The position numbers were made by a program, and so were the translations under genes. Below the pieces are notes generated by a model that saw nothing but the letters and a program-made list of their open reading frames with translations, made no database searches and was not told where the DNA came from. From positions 48,918,001 through 48,982,000 of the forward strand of contig NC_086115.1 in assembly GCF_963921235.1 (NCBI RefSeq): a stretch of 64,000 nt of DNA. The letters run 5' to 3'. This document shows positions 1 through 12,245 of the stretch, in pieces. How positions within the stretch are numbered: position 1 is the stretch's first letter; each line of letters starts with the position of its first letter. Source of the stretch: Mobula hypostoma. Lineage: Eukaryota.

Positions 1-1105
1 CCCCACTCTTTGCCTCCTGCTACTGCTTTGTCCATGCTAGAATGTTCCCTGTAATACCATGTGCTCATAGCTTGTTAAGCAGCTTGTATGGCACCTTGTC
101 AAAGGCCACCTGAAAATACAAGTACACAACATCAACAGGTTCTCCTTTGTCTATCTTGCTTGTTCTTTCTTCAAAGAATTCCAACAGATTTATCAGGCAA
201 GATCTCCCCAGTTTATTATGTGCCTCCAAGTATCCTAAAACCTCATCCTTAATAATCAACTCCAACATCTTTGCTACCACTGGGGTCAGACTAACTGACC
301 TATAGTTTCCTTTCTTTCTGCCTCTCTCCCTTCTTGAAGAGTGGAATGACATTTGTAATTTTCCATTCTTCTGGAACCATTCCAGAATCTGGTAATTCTT
401 GAGAGATCATTACTACTGTCTCCATAATCTCTTAGCCACCTCTTTCAGAACCCTGGCGTTTACACCATTTGGTCCAGGTGATTTCTCTTCCTCCAGGCCT
501 TTTAGTTTTCCAAGAACATTTTCTCTTGCCATGGTAACTTCACACACTTCATGACCCCTGACACCTGGAACTTCCACCATACTGCATGTTTTCCACAGTG
601 AAGACTGATACAAAATGCTTATTCCATTCATCCAGTGTTTCGTTATTCCCCATTACTGCCTCTCCAGCATCATTTTCGAGTGGTCCTCTCTTTTACACTT
701 CGTGTATCTGACAAAACTTTTGGTATCCTCTTTAATATTATTGGCTAGCTTACTTTCATGTTCCATCTTTATCTCAATGACTTTTTTTAGTTGCCTTCTG
801 TTGGTTTTTAAAAGCTTCCCAATCCTCTGACTTTCCATGAATTTTTGCTCAATTATATGCCCTCTCTTTGGCTTTTATTTTGGCTTTGACTTCTCTTGTT
901 AGCCAGGGTTGTGTCATTTTTCTTTGAGAATACTTCTTCCTCTTTGGGATGTGTCTATCCTGTGTCTTCCGAATTGCTTCCAGATATTCCAGCCATTGCT
1001 GCTGTGCCATCATCTCTGCCAGTGTTCTTTTCCAATCAATTCTGGCCAAGGCGTGTCTTGTGCCTCTGTAATTCCCTTTACTCCATTGTAATACTGATGC
1101 ATCTG
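1..1105 (-). mobile_element. Decayed CR1 LINE fragment
   Basis: GNYRSVSLT, RSCLINLLEFFEE, KSPGP and PWLT fragments with frameshifts. Confidence 0.88.
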
Positions 1106-1231
1106 ACTTCGAGGATGAAGAGAAGGGTTCTATTTTAGGGAAAAAAAAAATCTGTGATCTTTAACGGATTTGTTTTATCCTTTAAGCATGTTCAAATCAA
1201 GCCATCCAAATAACATTCTCCTATGTCTCAG

Positions 1232-1616
1232 GTATAGCACGGATGATATGCTCCTTCGGGAGATGATGTCGAACCCTCTACTGGAACACTATGCAGTTAT
1301 CATCGTGGATGAAACTCACAGACGAACCGTTTCCACAGATGTGCTGCTGGGTCTTCTGAAAGACATCGTGAGACAGAGACCAGAACTAAAGGTTGTTATA
1401 ATAACCTCCCCTCACATGTCCAGTAAGCTGCAGGCCTATTACGGTGACAGTCCTCTAATACAAGTGGAGACTGGAGAGTCCATTGGGTGCCCATTCGAAA
1501 TTGTTTACAGTTGCATGCCTCAAGAAAACTATTTCTTCTCAGCACTTAGACTGTTGTTTAAAATACACAGCACAATGGAGGAGGGTGATGTTGCTATTTT
1601 TCTATCCTGTGAAAAG
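1232..1616 (+). CDS. DHX32: DHX32 coding exon (first in window; upstream exons lie outside the window)
   Basis: ctcag|G TAT AGC ... GAA AAG|gtaag. Encodes YSTDDMLLREMMSNPLLEHYAVIIVDETHRRTVSTDVLLGLLKD (DHX15/DHX32-type motif II region). Identity also supported by synteny with BCCIP/UROS. Confidence 0.93.
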
Positions 1617-2599
1617 GTAAGCCTTTTGTTTTTTTTTTCTTGAATCCCTGCTGCTAACAAAGTAGAAATGTTGTTGAATGTGCAAATCGCATGGCAATAA
1701 CGAAACAATCATGAGAACCAAATAGCAGAAGTGAGTATAACTATAGGTGATGGCGTCTCATCCATTTAAATGCAGGTTTATTGAATACTTTAGACTGCAG
1801 ATGAAACACTCAATGATTCAGGAATGGTTTTATCCCCTCTGCCATTCGATTTCAGAATGGACATTGAATCCACAAACCCTACCTCACTACTTCTTGAAAA
1901 TTTTTATTTTTGAACTACTTATTTAATTTAACTATTTACTGTAATTCAGTTTATTTCTCTATTATTATGTATTGCATGTAATGATTTATTGAGGTACAAT
2001 GAGGAACAGGCACTTCCGACCCTTTCAGCTGCACTGTCCAGCAATCCCCAGTTTAACCATAGCCTAGTCACGGGACAGTTTATAATGATCAATTAATCTG
2101 ACAACCGTATGTCTTTGGAAACTGGAGCACCCGAAGAAAACCCACACAATCACGGGCAGAACATACAAAATCATTACAGGCAGTGGTGGGAATTGAACCT
2201 GAGTCACTGGTACTGTAAAGCATCGTGCTTCTACTGCTGCCGCAAAGACGACAAATTTCACAGCATATGTCGGTGATATTAAATCTGGTTCTAATTATTG
2301 CTCCTGGTCCTTCAATTGCAGTGTCATATTGCACTGGTTACTTGAGGAACATAAACATGTAAATTACTTGGCTCTTTTAATATATAAACTGGTTAATCCA
2401 GTTTTCTCACATCATCTTGTGAAGAATGGAGCTACTTCCTGTTCCCCTTGCTCCACTTCTTTGTTCACAAATATGGCACGCTTCCAGAAATGTTTAATCA
2501 TTGTTCTTCAGAGGTTTGCTGTGCAATTTTATATCTGCTGCCATGTGCCCAATTTCTTCTGCCTTCATCCATGTCACTGGTGCTCTAGTAACACTGATC

Positions 2600-3950
2600 C
2601 TCTAGGAGGGGGTGTAACCTCTTTGATAAGCAGCACCTAGAGATGATATTCTTGGGGGATTGTCCAGTGAGATCGTATGGGTAGAACTTAGAAACACGAG
2701 TGGGAGGGTCACTCTAGGACCTTATTTTAGATTCCCTCACCCCCAGTAGTCAGTGAGAACTTAAGGAATAGGTATATAGAGAAATTGCTCAAATTGTAAG
2801 AGTAGTAGGGTTTTATTAGTGAGAGATTTTAATTCCCCTGGCATCAACTGCACCACCCAGAATGTTAAGGGACTGGACGAAAGGATATTTGTGAAAAGTG
2901 TTCACCGAATCAATATAGTGGGCCATAATCAGGAGGGTGCAATACTGGATCTCTGCTTGGGGGATAAGGCAGAACAACTAGCTGAGGGGGCAGACAGATA
3001 TTCTCAACCTGGGGTTCATGGCACAAATAAGAGTTGGGAACCCCTGCTCCAGAGACTATAATTCGATAAGTTTTCAGGTACAGTAATGATGGAAAAGGAT
3101 AGAGCAGGTCTATGGCTTAGAGTCCTAAACTGGAGCGGGCCTGTTTTGGAGGAGAATTAGACAGCATTTAGCAGAGGTTGATTTGGTGATCCCAGATGAA
3201 GGGAAAGGAACAAATGGGAAGTGGAAGGACTTTAAGAGTGTGATGGGAAGCATCCAGGAGCAGCATGTTCCTGTTAAGGCGAAAGGTAAACCTGGCAGGT
3301 TTAGGGAACTTTAGCTAACGAGAGATATTAAGGCTCTGGTCAAGAAAAAGAAGGAATCATATATTGGGTTTAGGAGGTCAGAGATGAGGAAATCCCTTGA
3401 TGGCTATAAAAAGATAAAGAATACTCTTGAGAGGGAAATCAGGAAGGCAAAGAGAGGGTATAAAATGGATCTGGCATGCAAGCTTAAGGAAAATCTCAGG
3501 AGGTTCTCTAGCTATAGTAAGTGTAAGAAGGTGGTTAAGGAGTGAGTAGGTCTCCTCAGATTGGCAGAACTGCTGACCTCTTGAGCTCCAGGAGGTGGAA
3601 GGATTTCTAACAAGTATTTCTCCTTGGTATTTACGGGGGTGGTGGGGGATCATGGTTGCTAAAGAGATAAGGAAAACAAGTCGAGATGTTTTGGAGAACC
3701 TTCATATGATCAGGTGATATGTAGGAGGTGGTATTTCTAGCCTTACAATGCACTAAGGTGAATGAATCCCCAGGGCCTGATCAAGTGTATCCTCAGATAT
3801 CGTGAGAGGCTAGAGAAGTAATTGTGGGGGCCTTCACAGCCTTCATTGTCAGCCATTACTGAAGTTCTCAAAGATTAATGTTCTGTTGTTTAAGAAGGGT
3901 AGCAAGGACATGCCAGGGAACTACAGGCCAGTTAACCTGACATCAGTAAT
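2600..3950 (+). mobile_element. Decayed CR1 LINE fragment containing a tiny hAT-like MITE near 2995-3046
   Basis: DFNSP, EGAILDL and GNYRPV-like remnants. Confidence 0.75.
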
Positions 3951-4089
3951 AGTAGTTAGTAGGTTAATTGGTCATTGTAAATTGCCTTGTGAAATAGAGG
4001 GGTAGCTGGGTGGTGCGGTTCATTGGGCCAGAGGGGCCTGTTTCATGCTGCATAGTTAAATAGAGGATAAATCTCTTAAAGCTGAGCAC

Positions 4090-4889
4090 TCTAAATACAG
4101 GCCCTTCAGCCCAAAAGTCCATGCATACCAAATGATTCCAATTTCTTGCATTTGGCCCATATTCCTCTAAATCCCATCCCCCTAAGTACCTATCCTAGTG
4201 CTTCTTAAATGATAGCATTGTATCCACCTCAACTACTTGTTCCATACATTCCCCACCCACTGCATGAAAAAGTTACCCCTCGGGTCACTATTAAATCTCG
4301 CCCCTCTCACCCTGACTCTGTGCCCTGTAATTTTGATCTTCCCTACCTTGGGAAATGATGTCCATCTTATCAATGACTCTCACAACTTAAACTTTCTATA
4401 AAGTGCCTCTTATTCTCCTAATTCTAAGGAATAAAGACCTAGCCTGATCAACTTATCATGAATAGCAAGAGGTCCAACACTGACTGCTGCAGCACACCAC
4501 TGATCACCTACCTCAATTCTGAGAAACCACCTTCCACTACCATTCTCTGCTTCCCTCCTCCGAGCCAGTTTTGAATCCACTTAATCAGCTGTCCCTGAAT
4601 TCCTTGGGATGTAACCTTCCAGACAAGCCTACCATGGGGGATCTTATTGAAGACCTTACTAAAGTCAAAATAGAGAAATCTAGCACCAAACCTTCATCTA
4701 TCTCTTTGGTTACCTCTTCAAAAAAACTCTGTGAAATTTTTGCCAAGCATGACTTTCCAAGCCCAAAGTCATACTGGCTTCTCCTAATCAAACTCATTCT
4801 ATCCAAATTCTACTCAGAGTTTCCTCCAATAACTTGCCCATTACTGACATCAGGTTGACTGGCCTGTGGTTCCCTGCCTTGTCCTTCTT
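4090..4889 (-). mobile_element. Old CR1 remnant, continuing at 8266-8331 and 10915-10960
   Basis: Decayed RT fragments (KKDKAGNHRPVNL, FFEEVTK). The sequence resumes on the far side of the L1 and CR1 insertions. Confidence 0.8.
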
Positions 4890-7800
4890 TGCTAATAACT
4901 TAGCAAAAACTTTAGAATCAACATTTAATAAAGATATTGGTCTATAAGATGCACATTGAGCAGGATCTTTATCCTCCTTTAATATTAAAGAGATAGACGC
5001 TCTATTAAAAGATTCAGGAAGTTTACCAAGTTTCAATGAAGCCTCAAAAACCCTACAGAGCCAAGTGATTAATGAAGGAGCAAAACATTTATAAAATTCT
5101 ACGGTAAACCCATCAGGGCCAGGAACTTTCCCCAAATTCATAGAGAAAATAACATGCTTAATCTCATCCATGGTAATAGGAGTATCTAACATAGAAGCCA
5201 TATCCTGTGAAATCTCAGGGAAGTCTAAATTATCTAAAAAATCATTCATATATTTAGAATCTCGAGGAGACTCTGATTGATATAAGGAAGAGTAAAAATC
5301 ACAGAAGGTTTGATTAATCCCCACATGATCAAGTATTAGTCGATCATTTTGGTTATAAATCTGATTAATTTGAGATTTAGCATAATTAGACTTCAATTGA
5401 TTAGCCAACAATTTACCAATTTTGTCACTGTGTAAATAAAATTCACTTCTTGTTTTCTTTAATTGGTTTACAATCAAGGACGAGAGTAATAAACTGTGTT
5501 CCATTTGAAGTTCAGTTCTTTGTTTATATAACTCCTCAGAAGGAGCTATAACATATTTCTTATCAATTTCCTTAATCTTGTCCACAATTACCAACTCCTC
5601 CTGCTTCTGCTTCTTCCTCAAAGCAGCAGAATACGAGATAATCTGACCACGAATATAAGCTTTAAAAGTATCCCAAAGAGTGTTAACAGAAATATCCTCT
5701 GTATGGTTAATTGTAAAAAAAAGATCAATCTGTTCATTCATAAAGTTAACAAAGTCCGAGTCCTGAAGCAACAGCGAATTAAAACGCCATTGTCTATTAT
5801 TTTGTATATTGGCCTGAATTTTAATAGAAAGCTTAAGTGGAGCATGATCCGAAATGGTTATAGAATCATAATCACATTTAATCACTGAGGGAATAAGACG
5901 AGAATCAATAAAGAAATAATCAATTCTTGAATAGGAATGATGAACATGTGAAAAAAAAGAAAAATCTTTTTCCTGAGGATGCAAAAAGGGTCAAATGTCC
6001 GTCGACCCAGAATCAGAAAGAAATGAATTAATCAAAGTTGCAGATTTATTAGGTAAGGTCCGTAAAGGAGCCGAACGGTCCAAAACTGGAGACAAACAGG
6101 TATTAAGATCTCCGCCCCAGATCAATGAAAACTCATTCAAATTCGGAAACTGATTAAATAATGATTTATAAAATTCCGGACAATCCATATTAGGAGCATA
6201 AACATTAACCAAAACTACTTTTTTATTAAATAGTAAACCACTAACCAATAGAAATCTACCATTCGGATCAGAAATAATACCATGCTGTATAAAAGTAACT
6301 GAGGAGTCTATAAAAATAGAGACGCCTCGAATCTTAGCATTGGAGTTCAAATGAAACTGTTGTCCCTTCCAGAATTTAAAAAAAACGTAGTCTGTCCCCC
6401 CTCCGCACTCGGGTCTCTTGTAAGAATAAAATTTGTGCTTTAAGTCTCCGGAACACTTTAAAAACTTTTTTCCTTTTAATAGGATGATTAAAACCATTAG
6501 TATTCCAGGAGCCAAAATTAATAATAGACTCCATAAACCCTAAAGTCAACCCATAACAAGGAGGATTGACGATAGGCTCGACCCACGAACCCGGAGAGGG
6601 AACAGAACATACAAGAGATACCGGGAAGAAGAACGCAACCAATACTTCAATAATGTATATAGCCCAAGAAGAAAGAAACTAAAAAGTGAAGCCCCTCCCA
6701 CCACCCCCCACCCCATGTCCCCAAAGCTAAGTCTAACGCAGACCAGCCCGAAAGAAGCAAGCACTAAAACTACCCCCATGACTTCCGGTATACGCTCCCT
6801 AAAAAAAAGTGTAAATATAAAAAAGATCAGCTGATTATAAAACAGTAAAAGAATAAAAAAAGATAACTCAATTAAAATAAACACATAACAGAATAAAAGC
6901 CAGAAAATATATGAAAAAAAACCACAATAAACCCCAGACCCATGAATAAACAAAACAAAAATAATAAGATTATTAACATAAACTAGTTATAAAAACCTAC
7001 AAAACAAAATAGATTTAAAAAAAAAACTACAAAATTTAAGGCCACAAAGGAAATACGTAAAATGACAATAAGGAAGTAACCACCCAGAATCCCCTGGGAA
7101 AAAGAAAGAAATGACGCAGTTAAAAAGAAAGTTTAGCAACCATATTAAGTAATCAAAAATAAACTTTTCTGCCCATATAAGGCAAAAAAAATTAAGACCG
7201 ACAAATTCACAGCCTCCGATCAGCGGAGATAGTTAAAAAATTACAATTAAGATGTTGAAGGTGAAAATTGATCCAAATAGCTCTGGGCATCCGATGGAGA
7301 GTCAAAAAAACGGAGGGGTCCATCCAACGTACGAATCCTTAGACGTGCAGGGTAAAGCAGCGCTGGTCTTAAATCCATCTTGTAGAGTTCCGACATCACA
7401 GATCTGTAACGAACCCGTTGATCCCGGATTGGTTTACTGAAATCTTCCACGAATCGGAATTTAAGATCCAGAAAATCAATGAAACCCTTAGATCGAACGA
7501 ATCGAAACAGTTTCTCCTTGTCTTGAAAGTAATGAAACTGTAAAATAACATGTCGAGGTCTATCTGACCTAGGCGAGTATGATGGAACTCTGTGAACACG
7601 ATCCAATAACGGTGGTTGGTCAGGAAATACAGTAGGAAATGCATCTTTTAAAAGTTGAGAAAAATACTTCATAGGGTTATCAGATTCAACAGCTTCACGC
7701 ACCGCGATCATTCGTAGATTCTGCCGTCGCATTCTAGATTCTAAGTCCAGAGTTTTTAAAGGTCAGAAAATCAAGTTTCTTCTTCATTACATTAGTTGTT

Positions 7801-8265
7801 TCTTCGATTTTCCCCATCTTAAGCTCACTTTGTTGTGTGGATTTTTGAAGATCAGATATAGCCGACTGATGTTCCGTAATAGATGTTTGTATCTTATCGA
7901 TTGAATCGGCAATTTTCTGGAAATGAATTGAAATTTCCGCATGAATCAGCTCCGTAACAGAGGTTGAAATTTCCCTTTGAATTAACTCCGATATAGCTTT
8001 CAAAGTCACCGGTGGTTCAGTCGGAGGGAAATCGGTACCTTTTGGTTTAACCGGAGGTTTGCCATCCTTCCCGTTTTTCCCATTCTTAGACATAGCAGAC
8101 CTTAAACGCATCCAGTTATCGAAGAGCCCAATTTGATTCAAAGTATTGTAAAAGTTTATGCCTTAATGGTTAATTAAAATATAGCTGATCAGAAGAAAAA
8201 ATACTCAGAGGTAATGGAGCAAGTCAAGAACGCGACTTCACTCCATGAGTGCTACCGGAAGTCCC
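4890..8265 (-). mobile_element. L1 of the same family: 5'-intact, 3'-truncated, frameshifted
   Basis: Same 5' end (gacttccggtagc). ORF1 split near 7740 and ORF2 frameshifted; ends at SKVFAKLLA. 14-bp TSD gccttgtccttctt (4876-4889 and 8266-8279). Confidence 0.95.
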
Positions 8266-8331
8266 GCCTTGTCCTTCTTAAACAACTGAACCAGCTTAGC
8301 CACCTTCAAATCTTTAAGAACTTCAGTAATA

Positions 8332-10908
8332 TGGGTAGAAGTCAGGAACAGGAAGGGAGCAGTTACTCTATTGGAAGTATTCTGTAGGCCCCCTTGAAGC
8401 AGCAGAGATACCGAGGAGCAGATCGGAAGGCAGATTTTGGAAAAGCGCAAAAATAACAGGGTTGTTATCATGGGTGACTTTAACTTTCCGAATATTAATT
8501 GGCACCTGATTAGTTCCAATGATTTAGACGGGGCAGAGTTTGTTAAGTGTGTCCAGATGGATTCCTGTCACAGTATGTTGACAGGCTGACTAGGGGGAAT
8601 GCCATACTAGATCTAGTATTAGGTAACAAACCGGGTCAGGTCACAGATCTCTCACTGGATGAGCATCTGGGGGACAGTGACACCCGCTCCCTGGCCTTTA
8701 GCATTATCATGGAAAAGGATAGAATCAGAGAGGGCAGGAAAATTTTTAATTGGGGAAGGGCAAATTACGAGGCTATAAGGCTAGAACTTGCGGGTGTGAA
8801 TTGGGATGATGTTTTTGCAGGGAAATGTACTATGGACACGTGGTTGATGTTTAGGGATCTCTTGCAGGATGTTAGGGATAAGTTTGTCCCGGCGAGGAAA
8901 ATAAAGAATGGTAGGGTGAAGGAACCATGGGTGACAAGTGAGTTGGAGAATCTAGTCAAGTGGAAGAAGGCAGCATACATGAGATTTAGGAAGCAGGGAT
9001 CAGATGGGTCTATTGAGGAATATAGGGTAGCAAGAAAAGCTTAAGAAAGGGCTGAGAAGAGCAAGAAGGGGGCATGAGAAGGCCTTGGCGAGTAGGGTAA
9101 AGGAAAACCCCAAGGCATTCTTCAATTATGTGAAGAACAAAAGGATGACAGGAGTGAAGATAGGACCAATTAGAGATAAAGATGGGAAGATGTGCCTGGA
9201 GGCTGTGGAAGTGAGTAAGGTCCTCAATGAATACTTCTCTTCGGTATTCACCAATGAGGGGGAACTTGATGATGGTGAGGACAATATGAGTGAGGTTGAT
9301 GTTCTGGAGCATGTTGATATTAAGAGAGAGGAGATGTTGGAGTTGTTAAAATATATTAGGACGGATAAGTCCCCGGGGCCTGACAGAATATTCCCCAGGC
9401 AGCTCCAGGAGGCGAGGGAAGAGATTGCTGAGCCTCTGGCTAGGATCTTTATGTCCTCATTGTCCACAGGAATGGTATCGGAGGATTGGAGGGAGGCGAA
9501 TGTTGTCCCTTTGTTCAAAAAAGGTAGTAGGGATAGTCTGGGTAACTATAGACCAGTGAGCCTTATGTCTGTGGTGGGAAAGCTGTTGGAAAAGATTCTT
9601 AGAGATAGGATCTATGAGCATTTAGAGAATCATGGTCTGATCAGGGACAGTCTGCATGGCTTTGTGAAGGGCAGATCCTGTCTATCAAGCCTGATAGAGT
9701 TCTTTGAGGAGGTGACCAGGCATATAGATGAGGGTAGTGCAGTGGATGTGATCTATATGGATTTTAGTAAGGCATTTGACAGGGTTCCACACGATAGGCT
9801 TATTCAGAAAGTCAGAAGGCTTGAGATCCGGGGAAGTTTGGCCAGGTGGATCCAGAATTGGCTTGCCTGCAGGAAGCAGAGGGTCGTGGTGGAGAGAGTA
9901 CATTCGGATTGGAGGGTTGTGACTAGTGGTGTCCCACAAGGATCGGTTCTGGGACCTCTACTTTTCATGATTTTTATTAATGACCTGGATGTGGGGGTAG
10001 AAGGGTGGGTTGGCAAGTTTGCAGACGACACAAATGTTGGTGGTGTTGTGGATAGTGTAGAGGATTGTCAAAGATTGCAGAGAGACATTGATAAGATACA
10101 GAAGTGGGCTAAGAAGTGGCAGGTGGAGTTCAACCCGGAGAAGTGTGAGGTGGTACACTTTGGAAGGACAAACTCCAAGGCAGAGTACAAAGTAAATGGC
10201 AGGATACTTGGAAGTGTGGAGGAGCAGAGGGATCTGGGGGTACATGTCCACAGATCCCTGAAAGTTGCCTCACAGGTAGATAGGGTAGTTAAGAAAGCTT
10301 ATGGATTGTTAGCTTTCATAAGTCGAGGGATAGATTTTAAGAGTCGTGGGGTAATGATGAAGCTCTATAAATCCCTGGTTAGGCCACACTTGGAGTACTG
10401 TGTCCAGTTCTGGTTGTCTCACTATAGGAAGGATGTGGAAGCATTGGAAAGGATACAGAGGAGATTTACCAGGATGCTGCCTGGTTTAGAGAGTATGCAT
10501 TATGATCAGAGAATAAGGGAGCTAGGGCTTTACTCTTTGGAGAGAAGGAGGATGAGAGGAGACATGATAGAGGTGTACAAGATAATAAGAGGAATAGATA
10601 GAGTGGATAGCCAGCGCCTCTTCCCCAGGGCACCACTGCTCAATACAAGAGGACATGGCTTTAAGGTAAGGGGTGGGAAGTTCAAGGGGGATATTAGAGG
10701 AATGTTTTTTACTCAGAGAGTGGTTGGTGCGTGGAATGCACTGCCTGAGTTAGTGGTGGAGGCAGATACACTAGTGAAATTTAAGAGACTACTAGACAGG
10801 TATATGGAGGAATTTAAGGTGGGGTTTATATGGGAGGCAGGGTTTAAGGGTCGGCACAACATTGTGGGCCGAAGGGCCTGTACTGTGCTGTACTGTTCTA
10901 TGTTCTGT
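8332..10908 (+). mobile_element. Relatively young 5'-truncated CR1 LINE (end of endonuclease plus RT)
   Basis: ORF 9085-10971 has SGVPQGSVLGP, FADD and RPHLEYCVQFW. One frameshift near 9040; gttctat-type tail; 6-bp duplication gtaata (8326-8331 and 10909-10914). Confidence 0.93.
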
Positions 10909-11300
10909 GTAATAGCTAACAATGAAACAAATCTCTGCAGGGGCCTCCACAGTTTCTTCTTTGGAATGTGAGAGGAAACTGATGCACTGAAAGGAAATCC
11001 ACGTGCTCACAGGAAGGATGCACAAACTTCTTACAGACAGCATTGGAATTGAACTCCAAACTCCGACCCCTCAAGCTGTAATAGTGTTGCCCTAACCATG
11101 GCATCCCTTTATGCCAGAGTCACTGAAGCTTTTTCTGTGTCTTGTACCATTATCACTACAACTGGATGTTTGTTATAAGCTAAGCACAGAACTGATGAGG
11201 AGAAGCATTATTTGAATTAAATTCAGTATTGTTCTGCATGATTGAACTGAATTTATTAAAAACAAAAAATTAAATTTTGCTCATAGTTATTGGATTAAAT

Positions 11301-11524
11301 GCCGTCTGGTGGCATAGTGGCATCAGCGCCGGACTTCGGAGCGAAGGCTCCTGAGTTCGAATCCAGCCGGCTCCCCAGCACACTTTCCATCCGTGCTGGG
11401 TTGAGCGTCGAGCTAGCAACTCGGTCTCGTAAAAAAGAAATTGCCTGCTACAGAAACATCAACAGCAAAAAGTTGATGGACTATGTTCTCTCGTGAGTTT
11501 AAAAAAAAAGTCAATTTCTTTTTT
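11301..11524 (+). mobile_element. tRNA-derived SINE
   Basis: A box tggcatagtgg, B box gagttcgaatcc; 14-bp TSD ttattggattaaat. Confidence 0.85.
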
Positions 11525-11560
11525 TTATTGGATTAAATAGATCTATTTATATACCTTCAG

Positions 11561-11806
11561 GAAATTGATGAAGCCTACAAGATTATTGAACAAGAAACTT
11601 CTAAACAGCATCCGATGCTGGGAGAACTCGTTCCAATTCCTCTTGACCCAGAGCAGACAATGTCTTTTGACAGACCAGATGACCTGTCGGAGCAGAACGG
11701 CAAACGATACAAAAGGAAGGTGATATTGACCACAAGTGTGGGGAAGTCCTTACTTTACATGGAAAATGTGAAGTATGTTATTGATGTGGGCATGGAGAGA
11801 AGAAGT
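11561..11806 (+). CDS. DHX32: DHX32 coding exon (246 nt, phase 0-0)
   Basis: ccttcag|GAA ATT GAT ... AGA AGT|gtgagt. Encodes RKVILTTSVGKSLLYMENVKYVIDVG. Confidence 0.92.
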
Positions 11807-12245
11807 GTGAGTAGATTGATTCTGTAGCAGATTTTGTTTAATAAATGTGTTAAAAGGTGTTATACAGTCACTCAGCATTTACAAAGTTTTTCAGACAAAA
11901 TGTTCACTTTTTTTTTGCAATGGATCACAAAGGGGGAATTGAGGAAAGAAGCACAAGGTGGAATGTTTATAGATGTTTTGTTATCTTGTTCCCAGATCCT
12001 ACATCCCATGCAGATGTTTTCTATAGCATTGCTTCATCTTTTTAATTAAATCTAACACAAAGTCTGCAGATTGAGACTTCCGGTAGCGCTCATGGAGTGA
12101 AGTCGCGTTCTTGACTCGCTCCATTACCTCTGAGTTTTTTCTCTCTATGGTCAGCTATACTTTAATTAACTATTAAGGCATCAATTTTTACAATACTTTG
12201 AATTAAACTGAATTCTCTGACAATTGGATGATACTGAGATCGGCT

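Noticed and set aside
9126-10251. Antisense ORFs within CR1 and L1 elements
   Set aside because: Shadow frames of RT coding sequence, with no independent support.
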